This document shows, piece by piece, positions 29,752 through 39,838 of a DNA stretch of 64,000 nt (positions within the stretch are counted from its first letter, which is position 1; the number at the start of each line of letters is the position of its first letter). Origin of the DNA: Chitinophaga pinensis (GTDB lineage Bacteria; Bacteroidota; Bacteroidia; UBA4408). The DNA is taken from the NCBI GenBank assembly GCA_945872355.1, contig CAMBZU010000007.1, positions 184-64,183 on the forward strand, read 5' to 3'. The position numbers and the translations under genes were made by a program. The notes beneath the pieces were generated by a model. That model did not search any database and was not told the origin of the DNA. It worked only from the letters and a program-made list of their open reading frames with translations.

Positions 29752-31299
29752 TTATTCTTTGATAAATTTGATATGATGAGTTTGTCCGTGTTTATCATTA
29801 ACACTTATAAAATATATGCCTTGTACATACCTACTTATGTCTATAATAACTTGACTTTGATTGTTAGTTATTTGATCAATGATTTCGCTTGTGAGACACG
29901 TTACCTTAACCGTGCCGTAGGCATTTTGAATTATTAAGTTTGAATTTGCGGGGTTAGGGAAAACAATTGGTCTTTCCTTTATATCATCAATATCTTCAAT
30001 TGTGTTCAACACTGGATTCAAATACCTAATCATAGTAATATTGTTAAAGCCTCCTGTACCTAATTGAACTATTTTTGAATCATTTTGCAAGGCTGCATTA
30101 ATGGAATAATCAATATCATCTGGTTCAATATCCACAATAATCTCACCTTGTCCGCAGGCATTTAAATCAATAACACCTGTATTACTTAAAGCCATCAATT
30201 TAAAATTTCTTTGGATTGCGGCTCCATCCCAGTATAGTGAATCTTCAATATAAAATATTGATTGATTTAAGGATAGTAATTTGACTTTTTTATGAATATT
30301 ATCAAAGTGAAAGTTGTAATTAAAATTATAATTCATATCAATATTTCCAGTACTGTTAACTTTAACAATGCTATGGAAATAGTAGCCGTTGTCGCCAATA
30401 TTTGAAGTTGCGTAAATATCGTTAGTATTGGAGACAATAAGATCTGCTGCATGCAATATTGGGGTCCAAGCAACAATACGAAAGCCATTATTTCCAAAAA
30501 CTGTATCTATAATTCCTGTTTGATCTAATTTTCCAATAAATACATTTCTCCAATATAAGCTATCATTTTTATTCTTTCCTGCAAATATGATATCCTGATT
30601 TTGAAGTAAACTCAATTTATTTATAACAGTATAAGTTGAAGTTACAAGATGAAATACACCTGTATCTCCAAAATTGTAGTTAAGGCTACCATCAGCATTT
30701 AGTTGAATAATATAATTAACATGGTCACTTGTCCAATAATAATAGTACTCTATGTTTTCGATAAAACTATGCCCAATAAAATTAATCCTCCCTAAATTAT
30801 CAACCACCATATCTTGTAAAAAATGATGTTGATTTGCAACAATACTATAACTTATTTTTCCATTCATCCCAAATGTATAATCCAGCGATCCATCATAATT
30901 TAATCTTATGAAAGCATATTTCTGAAATCCCGACACAATTGAATTGCCTCCAATGAGTATTTTTCCATCAGTTAGGATAATTATTTTTTTTAGAAAATCC
31001 TTTGAAATATTAAAGTCCCAAACAATATTACCATTTACACCAAAGTTTGCATCAATAGAACCATCTGTGTTAAAACGTGAAATGATAAAATCCCTATTTT
31101 GGCCAACAACAATATCTGAACCAACCACAATTTTACCATCTTGCTGCAATGCAATACTTTTTGGAAAAATTGAATCGGTTCCAAAATTAAGTTGAACAAT
31201 TCCTGCATTGCCAAAACTTGGATCAAGACATTGGTTTTGAGACAAAGCATCAAAACCAAAGTAAAGTATACTAAAGCAAAGAAAAATGTATGTTTTCAT
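29752..31299 (-). CDS. Secreted delta-60-repeat (beta-propeller) protein with T9SS type A C-terminal sorting domain
   Basis: Repeated DGS.D..FG.NG / DGKI..GG motifs. The C-terminus is VFPNPANSNLII...GIYFISVNDKHGQTHHIKFIKE. The start is placed at MKTYIFLCF (signal peptide) rather than the ORF-track 31383. Confidence 0.75.
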   Translation of the reverse strand: MKTYIFLCFSILYFGFDALSQNQCLDPSFGNAGIVQLNFGTDSIFPKSIALQQDGKIVVGSDIVVGQNRDFIISRFNTDGSIDANFGVNGNIVWDFNISKDFLKKIIILTDGKILIGGNSIVSGFQKYAFIRLNYDGSLDYTFGMNGKISYSIVANQHHFLQDMVVDNLGRINFIGHSFIENIEYYYYWTSDHVNYIIQLNADGSLNYNFGDTGVFHLVTSTYTVINKLSLLQNQDIIFAGKNKNDSLYWRNVFIGKLDQTGIIDTVFGNNGFRIVAWTPILHAADLIVSNTNDIYATSNIGDNGYYFHSIVKVNSTGNIDMNYNFNYNFHFDNIHKKVKLLSLNQSIFYIEDSLYWDGAAIQRNFKLMALSNTGVIDLNACGQGEIIVDIEPDDIDYSINAALQNDSKIVQLGTGGFNNITMIRYLNPVLNTIEDIDDIKERPIVFPNPANSNLIIQNAYGTVKVTCLTSEIIDQITNNQSQVIIDISRYVQGIYFISVNDKHGQTHHIKFIKE

Positions 31300-31412
31300 A
31301 TTTTTGCGATCACCTCTTAAATTACGCAGTAGCAATATCAAATGTTTGCTAAGATCATTTAATATGATAAACAAAGGAAGCAAAATTTCAAATCAAATGA
31401 AATAAAAATTGT

Positions 31413-33845
31413 TTAGTTTAAGCTAAAACCAAACTTCTTTCTAGCTATTATATTTGAACTTACTGTGGTAAACAACACAATACTAATAGTACTTACGGGC
31501 ATTAAAATGGCTGCAATAACTGGCTGCAAGGTACCTGTTAAAGCAAAAGAAAGCCCAACAACATTATACAACAAGGACAATACAAAACTCCCTTTAATGA
31601 TCCAGGCACCTGCCTTGGCATAATCTAAATATTGTTTTAACTGCGACACTTTATTGCCTTCTAATATGGCGCTACAAGCGGGTGTAAAGAAGTTTACATC
31701 ATCGGTAACGGCTATACCAGCATAGCTTTTCATGAGCGCGCCTGCATCGTTTAAACCATCGCCAACCATAATAACTTTCTTGCCTTTTTGCGTTAAATTT
31801 TCGATGTAACTGAGCTTTTGTTGTGGAGTTTGGTTAAAGTTAAGTGTTGCCGAATTGGTAAAAAAGTTACCTAGATAATTCTTTTCATCTTCATTATCGC
31901 CACTCAACAAGTGTAATTCATAACCTTTATTTTGTAGGTCTTTGAAGAGATTAACCACGCCCTGACGATAAACATTTTTAAAACTGAAATAACCTTTTAC
32001 ATCATTATTGATGCTCACATACACCTTACTACCTTTATCATTCTTTGCCGCTGTGTTACCTCCAACAAAATCGAATGAACCTACTTTTATTCTCTTTTCA
32101 TTAACCTCAGCTTCAATTCCTTTCCCTGTGTGTTCTTTAAAATTGGTAATGGAATATCTTTGTGTTTGTGCTAAGTGGCTGGTAATTCTTTTGCTTAAAG
32201 GATGTATAGATTCTTTGGTTAAACTTGCAATCAATTGTTGATCTGTTTGATTGAGAGTATAACCTACCCATTCGATACTTGCTGCATTACTTTTGGTGAT
32301 GGTCCCTGTTTTATCAAACACAATGGTATCGGCCTTTGCAAAGCGTTCAACAGCTTTTGCATTTTTAATATACATGTTATTTTTAGCCATAATTTGCAAT
32401 ACATTACCATAAGTGAAAGTGGCGCTTAGCAACAAGGCACAAGGGCAAGCTACAATTAAAATTGTTGTAATGGCATTAATGGCTTTATGTGTATCTGTGG
32501 GCCACCAATATACAAAAGCAGCAAAAGCAGTGATAAGCAAGCCATAACTAAAATACTTATTTATTTTAGCTACTAATTCGGTTTCTTGATGAAATTCAGC
32601 TTCTTTTTCTTCCTTATTCCACAAAGAGGTTAAGTAGCTTTGCGATACTTCTTTCACCACTTCCATTTCAATTTGATTAGCTTTTTGGCGACCGCCCGCA
32701 TACAAAATTTCACCCAATACTTTGCTCACAGTTACTGCTTCACCTGTTACAAAACTATAATCAACAATAGCATTTCCCTTGAAAAGAATAGCATCGGCAG
32801 GAATCAATTCATTTTGGCGAATAATAAGGCGCATACCAATTTTAATGGTAGAAACAGGAATGGTTTTTTCAATGGCAAAACCATCTATTTTTTCAATTAC
32901 GCTTACGCCCAAAGGAAAATATGATTTATAATCTCTTTCAAAAGAAATATAATCGTAAGTTTTATTTTGAAAATAACGTCCAAGCAACATAAAGAAAACA
33001 ATGCCTGTCATGCTATCGAAATAACCAACGCCGCTTCCTAAAGTAATTTCATAAACACTTCTTAAAAATGCAATTAAAATAGCCAATGCAATGGGCGCAT
33101 CAATATTTAAATACCGCTGTTTAATTGACGCTAAAGCCGAAATAAAAAATTCCTGTGAACAATAAAATAAAACTGGTAATGAAAGCAGCAAACTCAGCAC
33201 ATTAAAAATATTGGTAAAATTACTTGTGCCCGAAAAATCACTCAAGTGAAAATACTCTGGGAAGCTCAGCATCATAATATTTCCAAAAGCAAAACCCGAA
33301 ATACCAATTTTATAAATTTGACTTCTATTGCTATTTTTAGGCTTAGCTTCAGCCGTTTCAGAAGCCAATGAAATATAAGGTGGATAGCCAATGCTATGCA
33401 ACATAATGGCAATTTCCTTCAAGCTTATTTTTTGATTATGAAAAATAACTTCAAGTTCTTTTTTCTGAAAATTAACGCTGCTGTTTACAATGTTTGGGTT
33501 CAAACGCTGCATGTTTTCGAGCAAATAAATGCATGAACTACAGTGCATGTAGGGAATATAAAATTTTACATGACTATCAGTATCATTTTTAAAATTCAAT
33601 AATTTAATTGCAATATCTGCATCATCTAAAATATCATATTGCTTATTATTTATTTTTTTATTTAACTGTTGGCCGGGATTATCTGTGATGTTGTAATAAT
33701 CGCACAAATCATTACTATTCAATAACTGGTAAACAGCCTTGCATCCCGAACAACAGAATTTTTTATCATCAAACAAAAGAGCACTTTCTAGTTTCTCACC
33801 ACAGTGAAAACACGTTAATTGTGCTTGTATTTTAAGTGTGCCCAT
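31413..33845 (-). CDS. ccoI: Heavy-metal (Cu) translocating P1B-type ATPase, CcoI/FixI-like
   Basis: N-terminal CFHCGE...CCSGCK metal-binding domain, CPC in a TM helix, DKTGT, TGE and GDGLNDAGAL. Confidence 0.85.
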   Translation of the reverse strand: MGTLKIQAQLTCFHCGEKLESALLFDDKKFCCSGCKAVYQLLNSNDLCDYYNITDNPGQQLNKKINNKQYDILDDADIAIKLLNFKNDTDSHVKFYIPYMHCSSCIYLLENMQRLNPNIVNSSVNFQKKELEVIFHNQKISLKEIAIMLHSIGYPPYISLASETAEAKPKNSNRSQIYKIGISGFAFGNIMMLSFPEYFHLSDFSGTSNFTNIFNVLSLLLSLPVLFYCSQEFFISALASIKQRYLNIDAPIALAILIAFLRSVYEITLGSGVGYFDSMTGIVFFMLLGRYFQNKTYDYISFERDYKSYFPLGVSVIEKIDGFAIEKTIPVSTIKIGMRLIIRQNELIPADAILFKGNAIVDYSFVTGEAVTVSKVLGEILYAGGRQKANQIEMEVVKEVSQSYLTSLWNKEEKEAEFHQETELVAKINKYFSYGLLITAFAAFVYWWPTDTHKAINAITTILIVACPCALLLSATFTYGNVLQIMAKNNMYIKNAKAVERFAKADTIVFDKTGTITKSNAASIEWVGYTLNQTDQQLIASLTKESIHPLSKRITSHLAQTQRYSITNFKEHTGKGIEAEVNEKRIKVGSFDFVGGNTAAKNDKGSKVYVSINNDVKGYFSFKNVYRQGVVNLFKDLQNKGYELHLLSGDNEDEKNYLGNFFTNSATLNFNQTPQQKLSYIENLTQKGKKVIMVGDGLNDAGALMKSYAGIAVTDDVNFFTPACSAILEGNKVSQLKQYLDYAKAGAWIIKGSFVLSLLYNVVGLSFALTGTLQPVIAAILMPVSTISIVLFTTVSSNIIARKKFGFSLN

Positions 33846-33848
33846 AAA

Positions 33849-34694
33849 CTACTTTTTATGCATCGTTAAAATTGGAGCAGTCCATTCATAAACTAATTCG
33901 GCTGTAGTACTTTTCTCAAAAATTGATTTCCAAAAATTTCTATCTTGATGAAACATGACAATGATATCAGCATCTATTTTTTTAAGCAGGCGCTTTAATG
34001 CAGTTTGAGCATCTGCATTAGTTTTTAGGAGATGTAAATTTATTTTTTCATAGTTATTTGCCTGTCGCCATTGAATTAACAAGGGGTCAACTTCTATATT
34101 TTTTAAATTAGCCAAATCTTGCGCAACATGAATAATATCAACATGAGCTGAAAATATTTTAGCAAAATCAACCACAACATTAAGTTCATTATTTATGTCA
34201 TTGAAGTCGCTGGCATAAACAATGTTATTGATTTCTTTAAACATATAATGTTCAGGCACCGTGAGCAAAGGAATATCCAAATTTTCGAGTACATCAACAG
34301 CATTACTTCCCAGAAAAATTTTCTTTAGGCCAGTAGCACCGTGCGTACCAATAATCACCATACTTGCATTATACTTATGTTTTATTTTTTCAATACCACC
34401 AGCCAATGAAATTGCTTCCACTACTTCAAGTTCAGAAAGAAGTAAATTTCTATGCATTCCCAACGATGCATAAACCTTTTCGATATTTTCTCTTAAACTT
34501 TTTTCTGCTTCAATTCTCATTACATCAAAAAGAGATGCATCATACACCATACCAGCTTCAGGATTTAAATAAGGCAAGCTATACACATGTGTAAATATGA
34601 GTTTATTGTAATGTAATTTCGATAAATGAACGGCATACTTTACAGCATTAGCAGCATTCTCAGAAAAATCGGTGGGTACAATAATTACTTTCAT
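33849..34694 (-). CDS. Universal stress protein (tandem Usp domains)
   Basis: Two Usp-like halves (MKVIIVPTDFSENA...; VIIGTHGATGLKK). Confidence 0.8.
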   Translation of the reverse strand: MKVIIVPTDFSENAANAVKYAVHLSKLHYNKLIFTHVYSLPYLNPEAGMVYDASLFDVMRIEAEKSLRENIEKVYASLGMHRNLLLSELEVVEAISLAGGIEKIKHKYNASMVIIGTHGATGLKKIFLGSNAVDVLENLDIPLLTVPEHYMFKEINNIVYASDFNDINNELNVVVDFAKIFSAHVDIIHVAQDLANLKNIEVDPLLIQWRQANNYEKINLHLLKTNADAQTALKRLLKKIDADIIVMFHQDRNFWKSIFEKSTTAELVYEWTAPILTMHKK

Positions 34695-34767
34695 AGTTTC
34701 ATTTTTAAATTTATTGAATTTGTATTTATTAAGTAGTTATCTTAAAAATACTTTGTAAAATATATCG

Positions 34768-35313
34768 CTATAATGGCTTTGCTAAAATCAATTCATTTTG
34801 CAATTCAATCAGTTTTGCAAAAAGGATATTGTTCTCTAAAAAAATTTGTTGTTGTAAATCTTGCTCCAATTCAAACAACTCGGCATGTAACAATTTCAAT
34901 TGGCTTTTTGAATTAGATACTATTGTAAAATTATCAGTGATAACTCTAATACCTTTTAAAGATGCCAAAAGGCTATCGTGTTCTTTTATAAATCGATTGA
35001 TAGGATTTCCCATGATATTAATCATTGGTACTTTGGCATTATTGCCACTTCGCTTCCATTCTAAAAGTTTTTTGGCATAAGGATACAATACTTCCTCCTC
35101 ATCTTTAAAATGTTGAATTACTGTTTCATTCAGTTGATCTACTGCATCAAAAATTTGTTCAGCTTGCGTTAAACCTTCGCGCGTAAGTTGTTCACTGTGT
35201 TGCAAAGTTAGCGCTAACATATTCTTGGTAAAGCCATGATGTTTATTAACGATGTAGTTAATAAGCTCATCGGGCGCCACATCATAAAAATTTATTTGAT
35301 TATAGCTTTGCAT
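34768..35313 (-). CDS. Hemerythrin-domain protein (RIC/YtfE-like di-iron protein without ScdA_N domain)
   Basis: DELINYIVNKHHGF and HFKDEEEVLYP correspond to the H..H and HM.KEE..LFP motifs of RIC proteins. The start could be 35334. Confidence 0.65.
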   Translation of the reverse strand: MQSYNQINFYDVAPDELINYIVNKHHGFTKNMLALTLQHSEQLTREGLTQAEQIFDAVDQLNETVIQHFKDEEEVLYPYAKKLLEWKRSGNNAKVPMINIMGNPINRFIKEHDSLLASLKGIRVITDNFTIVSNSKSQLKLLHAELFELEQDLQQQIFLENNILFAKLIELQNELILAKPL

Positions 35314-35424
35314 AGTTGTTGAATCACTACACAAATATTGTTATTAAGAGAAAATTTAAATATGACGAACCTCACAATAAAACATGATATAAATCATATT
35401 TCTAGCATTCCTTTAAAACTGAAA

Positions 35425-36132
35425 TTAATCGTGGATGTTGGCGGTTTTTAGGAGTTTATCGTAATTTACTATCTTTATTTTCTTGCCTTGCAATTCAATG
35501 ATTGCATCAGCTTTAAATTCTGAAAGCAATCTTATTGCTGTTTCAGTTGCTGTGCCAACAATGTTGGCTATTTCCTCTCTAGATAAAGAAATCACTAGTG
35601 TTGTACCATCTGGCTCAGTTCCGTAAGTTTCTTTTAAAAACAAAATAGCTTCTGCCATTCTTTCCCTTACTGGTTTTTGCGCCAAATCGGTAATTTTATG
35701 TTCAGCTTTTCCTAAATCATGACTTAACAATTTCATGATTTGCATAGATAATGAAGTTTCACTTTCAATTACTTTAAAAAAGATATCCTTAGGAATTAAA
35801 CAAATATTGCAATCTTCCAAAGCTACTGCTGATGCTGAATACTTATCACCACTTAATAAGGCGCGATAACCTAAAATATCTCCCTCCTTGGTTAGTCTCA
35901 TTATTTGTTCTCGCCCATTATCGCCGGCTTGGGCTATCTTTACCTTGCCTGAATTGATGCAAAAAATACCTTGAGGGAAAAATCCTTCGGAGAAAATTGT
36001 TTGACCTTTTTTGTAAATGTTACAGCCTTTATGTTCATTTATTGCTGCAAGTTGCTCTCCTTTTAAATCACAAAAGATGGATTTGTATCGAGACTCGCAA
36101 TGTTCGCAATCTAAATGTTTGGTGGCTTTCAT
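35425..36132 (-). CDS. Crp/Fnr family transcriptional regulator with N-terminal Cys cluster
   Basis: cNMP-binding fold plus C-terminal HTH (REEIANIVGTATETAIRLLSEF). N-terminal CEHCESRYKSIFC. Confidence 0.85.
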   Translation of the reverse strand: MKATKHLDCEHCESRYKSIFCDLKGEQLAAINEHKGCNIYKKGQTIFSEGFFPQGIFCINSGKVKIAQAGDNGREQIMRLTKEGDILGYRALLSGDKYSASAVALEDCNICLIPKDIFFKVIESETSLSMQIMKLLSHDLGKAEHKITDLAQKPVRERMAEAILFLKETYGTEPDGTTLVISLSREEIANIVGTATETAIRLLSEFKADAIIELQGKKIKIVNYDKLLKTANIHD

Positions 36133-36227
36133 GATAGTGTTTTACTTTGTACAAACTTAATTTATAATTCCTAAACTAAAAAATTAAAGCTAACATATCT
36201 GTTATAGTACCTGTTAAATAACAAATG

Positions 36228-37454
36228 CTAATTGTATCTTATGGCTTTTATTGGTGATATTTTTGTAACTAATTTTGATGGTAATAAAAGCGCTATAGCG
36301 CAGATAATAAAGGTTGCTAAATTCACCAATATAATCAATGACCAATTCATTTGTATTGGAACATAAGCAATGTAATAAGATGTTTCATCAAGTTTGATAA
36401 AATGGAATTTCAATTGCAAAAAACATAATGCCAGCGCGCTAATATTTCCGTATAACAAACCTTTACCAACAATAGCAGCTACTTGGTACAAAAACACTTT
36501 TTGAAGTTGTTGATTGTTCATGCCGAGTGCCTTTAAAATACCAATTAATTTTGTGTTTTCGAGAATTAAAATGATTAATGCTGTTACCATATTAACGATA
36601 GCCACTAAAGTCATTAGTATTATTATTACTTGAACATTAATATCCTGCAGCCTCAGCCAATCAAACAATTGAGGAAACTGTTCAACAATGCTACTTGCAA
36701 TCCAGTCGGCAGGTATAATTTCATTAATTTGATTAGTAATTGCATCAAGGTTTTTAAAATCCTTTATAGAAACTTCAACGCCAGCAAACTGTGTGCTATC
36801 CCAATTATTTAGTTTTTGAATGTGTCGCACATCGCACAATAAATATTTATTATCAAAATCCTCCAAGCCTGTATTATAAATGCCTGCAATGATAAATTTT
36901 CTAACCCTTGCAGGGTTTTGAATAAAATAAACAATTACTTTTTCATTTACTTTAAAATTAAATTTATCGGCAAGTACTTTAGAGATTAAAATACTATCGT
37001 TTTTTACATTTGAATTTGCATTAAAAAGCTTGCCGCTAATTAAATGTTTCTTAAAAAAAGTTCCTTCAAAATTCTTACTCACACCTTTTAAAATAACGCC
37101 TTCCATTTCATCATTTGTTTTTAAAATGCCTGCTTTTATGGCATATAGCGATGTTTTTGAAACGCCAGGAATATTATTTAATTCCTTTAAATAATCAGCT
37201 TTTACTTTAATTGGTTGTGGTTCAAACGAATTATTATTATCGTATTTATTCAATTGAATATGGGCGCCAAATCCTATCACTTTTGACGTAATTTCATGCT
37301 GAAAACCATCTAAAACAGCCAATGAAATTATCATCACAGCTACACTTAATGCAATTGCCAATATAGAAATACGATAGAGTGGACCCGACAATTTTTTTGT
37401 ATTGTTGAACTTACCTCTGATTAATCGAAAAGCTATAAATCTCTCTATTTTCAA
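36228..37454 (-). CDS. ABC transporter permease, FtsX/LolC/LolE family
   Basis: TM helix, large periplasmic domain, then three C-terminal TM helices (FtsX-type); ILKALGMNN motif. Confidence 0.8.
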   Translation of the reverse strand: MKIERFIAFRLIRGKFNNTKKLSGPLYRISILAIALSVAVMIISLAVLDGFQHEITSKVIGFGAHIQLNKYDNNNSFEPQPIKVKADYLKELNNIPGVSKTSLYAIKAGILKTNDEMEGVILKGVSKNFEGTFFKKHLISGKLFNANSNVKNDSILISKVLADKFNFKVNEKVIVYFIQNPARVRKFIIAGIYNTGLEDFDNKYLLCDVRHIQKLNNWDSTQFAGVEVSIKDFKNLDAITNQINEIIPADWIASSIVEQFPQLFDWLRLQDINVQVIIILMTLVAIVNMVTALIILILENTKLIGILKALGMNNQQLQKVFLYQVAAIVGKGLLYGNISALALCFLQLKFHFIKLDETSYYIAYVPIQMNWSLIILVNLATFIICAIALLLPSKLVTKISPIKAIRYN

Positions 37455-37481
37455 AAATTGAAGATGCTTAATGTAAAAATA

Positions 37482-37862
37482 CTATTCAACAAAAAAGTCA
37501 TATAATGCAGCAAAATAACTATCGTTCCAACCTTCCACAATATCATTAAAATCATCGTCAGGAATATTGCTATGTAGTAACTCAACAGATGTTCCATCGC
37601 CATGGGCATGCAATTTAATGGTCACAATTGAGGCTTCAGTTTGTTCTCCAAAAAACCATTGCTGAACAATTTTTTTATTTTCCTCAAATTCAATATTAAG
37701 GCCAGTAATACTTCCATCCCATAATGAAAATTCAGTATTTGCTTCAGCTGACATCTCTGCCTTTTCACCTGTCCAAAGTTGCAGCGATAAAGGGTTTGTT
37801 AAGGCATTGTAAATCTCTTCGGGCGTACCTGGAATGATATAATATTTTTTGAAGTTTTTCAT
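37482..37862 (-). CDS. SRPBCC (Aha1/START-like) domain protein
   Basis: 126 aa. PEEIYNALTNP..L..W pattern typical of the AHSA1 family. Confidence 0.65.
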   Translation of the reverse strand: MKNFKKYYIIPGTPEEIYNALTNPLSLQLWTGEKAEMSAEANTEFSLWDGSITGLNIEFEENKKIVQQWFFGEQTEASIVTIKLHAHGDGTSVELLHSNIPDDDFNDIVEGWNDSYFAALYDFFVE

Positions 37863-38019
37863 TTAATGAAGGCCATAATTAAGGCATACAAAGCTAAATA
37901 ATTAGGATTACAATATCGTTAAATTATTCACGCAATCTACTTTATAAATCTGATCTCATTTTTAAGTTTTAGCTTAACAAAAAAAATAGTAATTTCGCGA
38001 CCCAAAACAACGAAAAACT

Positions 38020-38439
38020 ATGGCAACAAACAGAACTTTTACCATGATTAAACCCGATGCTACTGCAAAAAACTATATCGGTGGTATATTAAAAATGATT
38101 AATGATGCAGGTTTCCGCATTGTAGGCATGAAATACACTAAGTTAACTAAAGAACAAGCAGGTTCATTTTATGAGGTTCATAAAGAAAGACCTTTTTATG
38201 GTGAACTAGTTGATTACATGTCAGCTGGGCCTATTGTGGCTGCAATTCTTGAAAAAGAAAATGCTGTGGCTGATTTCAGAAGCTTGATTGGTGCAACAGA
38301 TCCTACTAAAGCTGATGAAGGTACAATTCGTAAAATATATGCAGAATCTATTGCTGCAAATGCAGTACATGGTTCTGATAGCGATGAAAATGCTGCTATT
38401 GAAGGCAACTTTTTCTTTTCATCTTTAGAGAGATTTTAA
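38020..38439 (+). CDS. ndk: Nucleoside-diphosphate kinase
   Basis: [10 protein letters not shown] and NAVHGSDS active-site His motif. Confidence 0.97.
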   Translation: MATNRTFTMIKPDATAKNYIGGILKMINDAGFRIVGMKYTKLTKEQAGSFYEVHKERPFYGELVDYMSAGPIVAAILEKENAVADFRSLIGATDPTKADEGTIRKIYAESIAANAVHGSDSDENAAIEGNFFFSSLERF

Positions 38440-38455
38440 TACCATTTTAATTTAT

Positions 38456-38492
38456 AAAAAAAGCCTCATTACATTGTAATGAGGCTTTTTTT
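38456..38492. terminator. Bidirectional rho-independent terminator
   Basis: AAGCCTCATTAC / GTAATGAGGCTT stem flanked by an A-run and a T-run, between convergent ndk and the FKBP genes. Confidence 0.75.
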
Positions 38493-38495
38493 ATG

Positions 38496-38969
38496 TTATT
38501 TCTCTATTGAAATAAGTTCAACATCAAATATTAAGGTAGCTAATGGAGGAATTGGGCCGCTGCCTTCAACACCATAAGCAAGTTCATAAGGTATTATTAA
38601 TCTTGCTTTTTCGCCAACGTGAAGCAATAATATGCCTTCATCCCAACCTTTTATAACCTCACCAATACCTACTTTAAATGGAAAAGGCTCTCCTCTTTGT
38701 ATTGAGCTGTCAAATATTTTACCATCCGTAAAATAACCTGTATAGTTTACCTTCACTTGTTTTCCAACAGCGGGTATTTCACCTGTTGGATTTTTACTCA
38801 CTAAAATATATTTTAAACCCGAATTGGTGATGAGCGTATCGAGCCCTTTTACCTTAAATGGTAAAATTTTAATATTGGCATGCGAAGCACTATCATTGCC
38901 ACAACTTGCAAATATTATACTACATAAAAGTAGGATTGCCACTAAGGATAAATTATTTTTAGAACGCAT
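38496..38969 (-). CDS. FKBP-type peptidyl-prolyl isomerase lipoprotein (possible GldI)
   Basis: Lipobox IFASCGND. Canonical FKBP core YTGYFTDGKIFDSS...GEVIKGWDEG...IPYELAYG. The GldI call rests only on it being a small FKBP lipoprotein in a Bacteroidota genome. Confidence 0.75.
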   Translation of the reverse strand: MRSKNNLSLVAILLLCSIIFASCGNDSASHANIKILPFKVKGLDTLITNSGLKYILVSKNPTGEIPAVGKQVKVNYTGYFTDGKIFDSSIQRGEPFPFKVGIGEVIKGWDEGILLLHVGEKARLIIPYELAYGVEGSGPIPPLATLIFDVELISIEK

Positions 38970-38979
38970 GAGCTACTGA

Positions 38980-39837
38980 TTAGTTTACTTCAATTACTTC
39001 AATATCATAAATTAAAGTGGTGTAAGGCAAAATAGTACTTATTTTTCTTTTACCGAATGCCAATTCACTTGGAATGATAAGCGTAGCCTTTGCTCCCATA
39101 GACATTTTTAGCAAGCCCTCTTCCATCCCTTTGGTGATTTTACCGGCTGACATATCAATTTCAATTGGTTGTGATTGCGTATCAATCACAGTTCCATCTA
39201 AAGTTGTGCAATTGTAAATGATTTTAACTTTACTTTGTTTAGAAACCAATGGTCCGCTTCCTGCTTGCCTTTCAATATAATACAACCCTAATTCATCAGC
39301 TTGATTAGTAATCCCGTTTAATTCAATAAAATCTGAAATCAATTTTGGTTCCGCCAGTTTTCGGGCTTCATTCTCTTTTTCAATCTGCTCGGGCGTTCTG
39401 TTATCAATTGACTCTTTTGTTTTGATGCCCAATAGTTTTATTCTAAAATTTAGCTTTGAGCCCTTCTTTATAAATGCAGGGCGCGGCATCTTAAATGTTT
39501 TAGCATAAACTGAATCAGCATTCACTCGAAAAACAGCAGAATCGCCAATCGCCATAAGCAACATTCCTTCTTCTAAACTTCCTTTAAAAGTTGGCGCCAA
39601 AAGTTCAAAAACATTTTCTGGTCTATTGATTCGGGAATCGTAAATTACAGAATCCTTATGATTAGTATAAACCAAAATGGTTTTAATTAAATCACCAGCT
39701 ACAGGTTTAACCTTACCACCATTGTGGTATATTTTATATTCTAAACCTGTGGCTGTTTTTATAAATGCAGCTTTTTTTTGCGCAAAAGTTGCACTGCTCA
39801 ATAAAATTAAGAAGACAAACAACTTTTTATTTGACAT
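38980..39837 (-). CDS. FKBP-like protein with two degenerate FKBP domains
   Basis: It has the same architecture as 39839..40777, but the catalytic-core motifs are replaced (ITKGMEEG instead of VI.GW.E; FGKR instead of YG). Confidence 0.65.
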   Translation of the reverse strand: MSNKKLFVFLILLSSATFAQKKAAFIKTATGLEYKIYHNGGKVKPVAGDLIKTILVYTNHKDSVIYDSRINRPENVFELLAPTFKGSLEEGMLLMAIGDSAVFRVNADSVYAKTFKMPRPAFIKKGSKLNFRIKLLGIKTKESIDNRTPEQIEKENEARKLAEPKLISDFIELNGITNQADELGLYYIERQAGSGPLVSKQSKVKIIYNCTTLDGTVIDTQSQPIEIDMSAGKITKGMEEGLLKMSMGAKATLIIPSELAFGKRKISTILPYTTLIYDIEVIEVN

Positions 39838-39838
39838 A

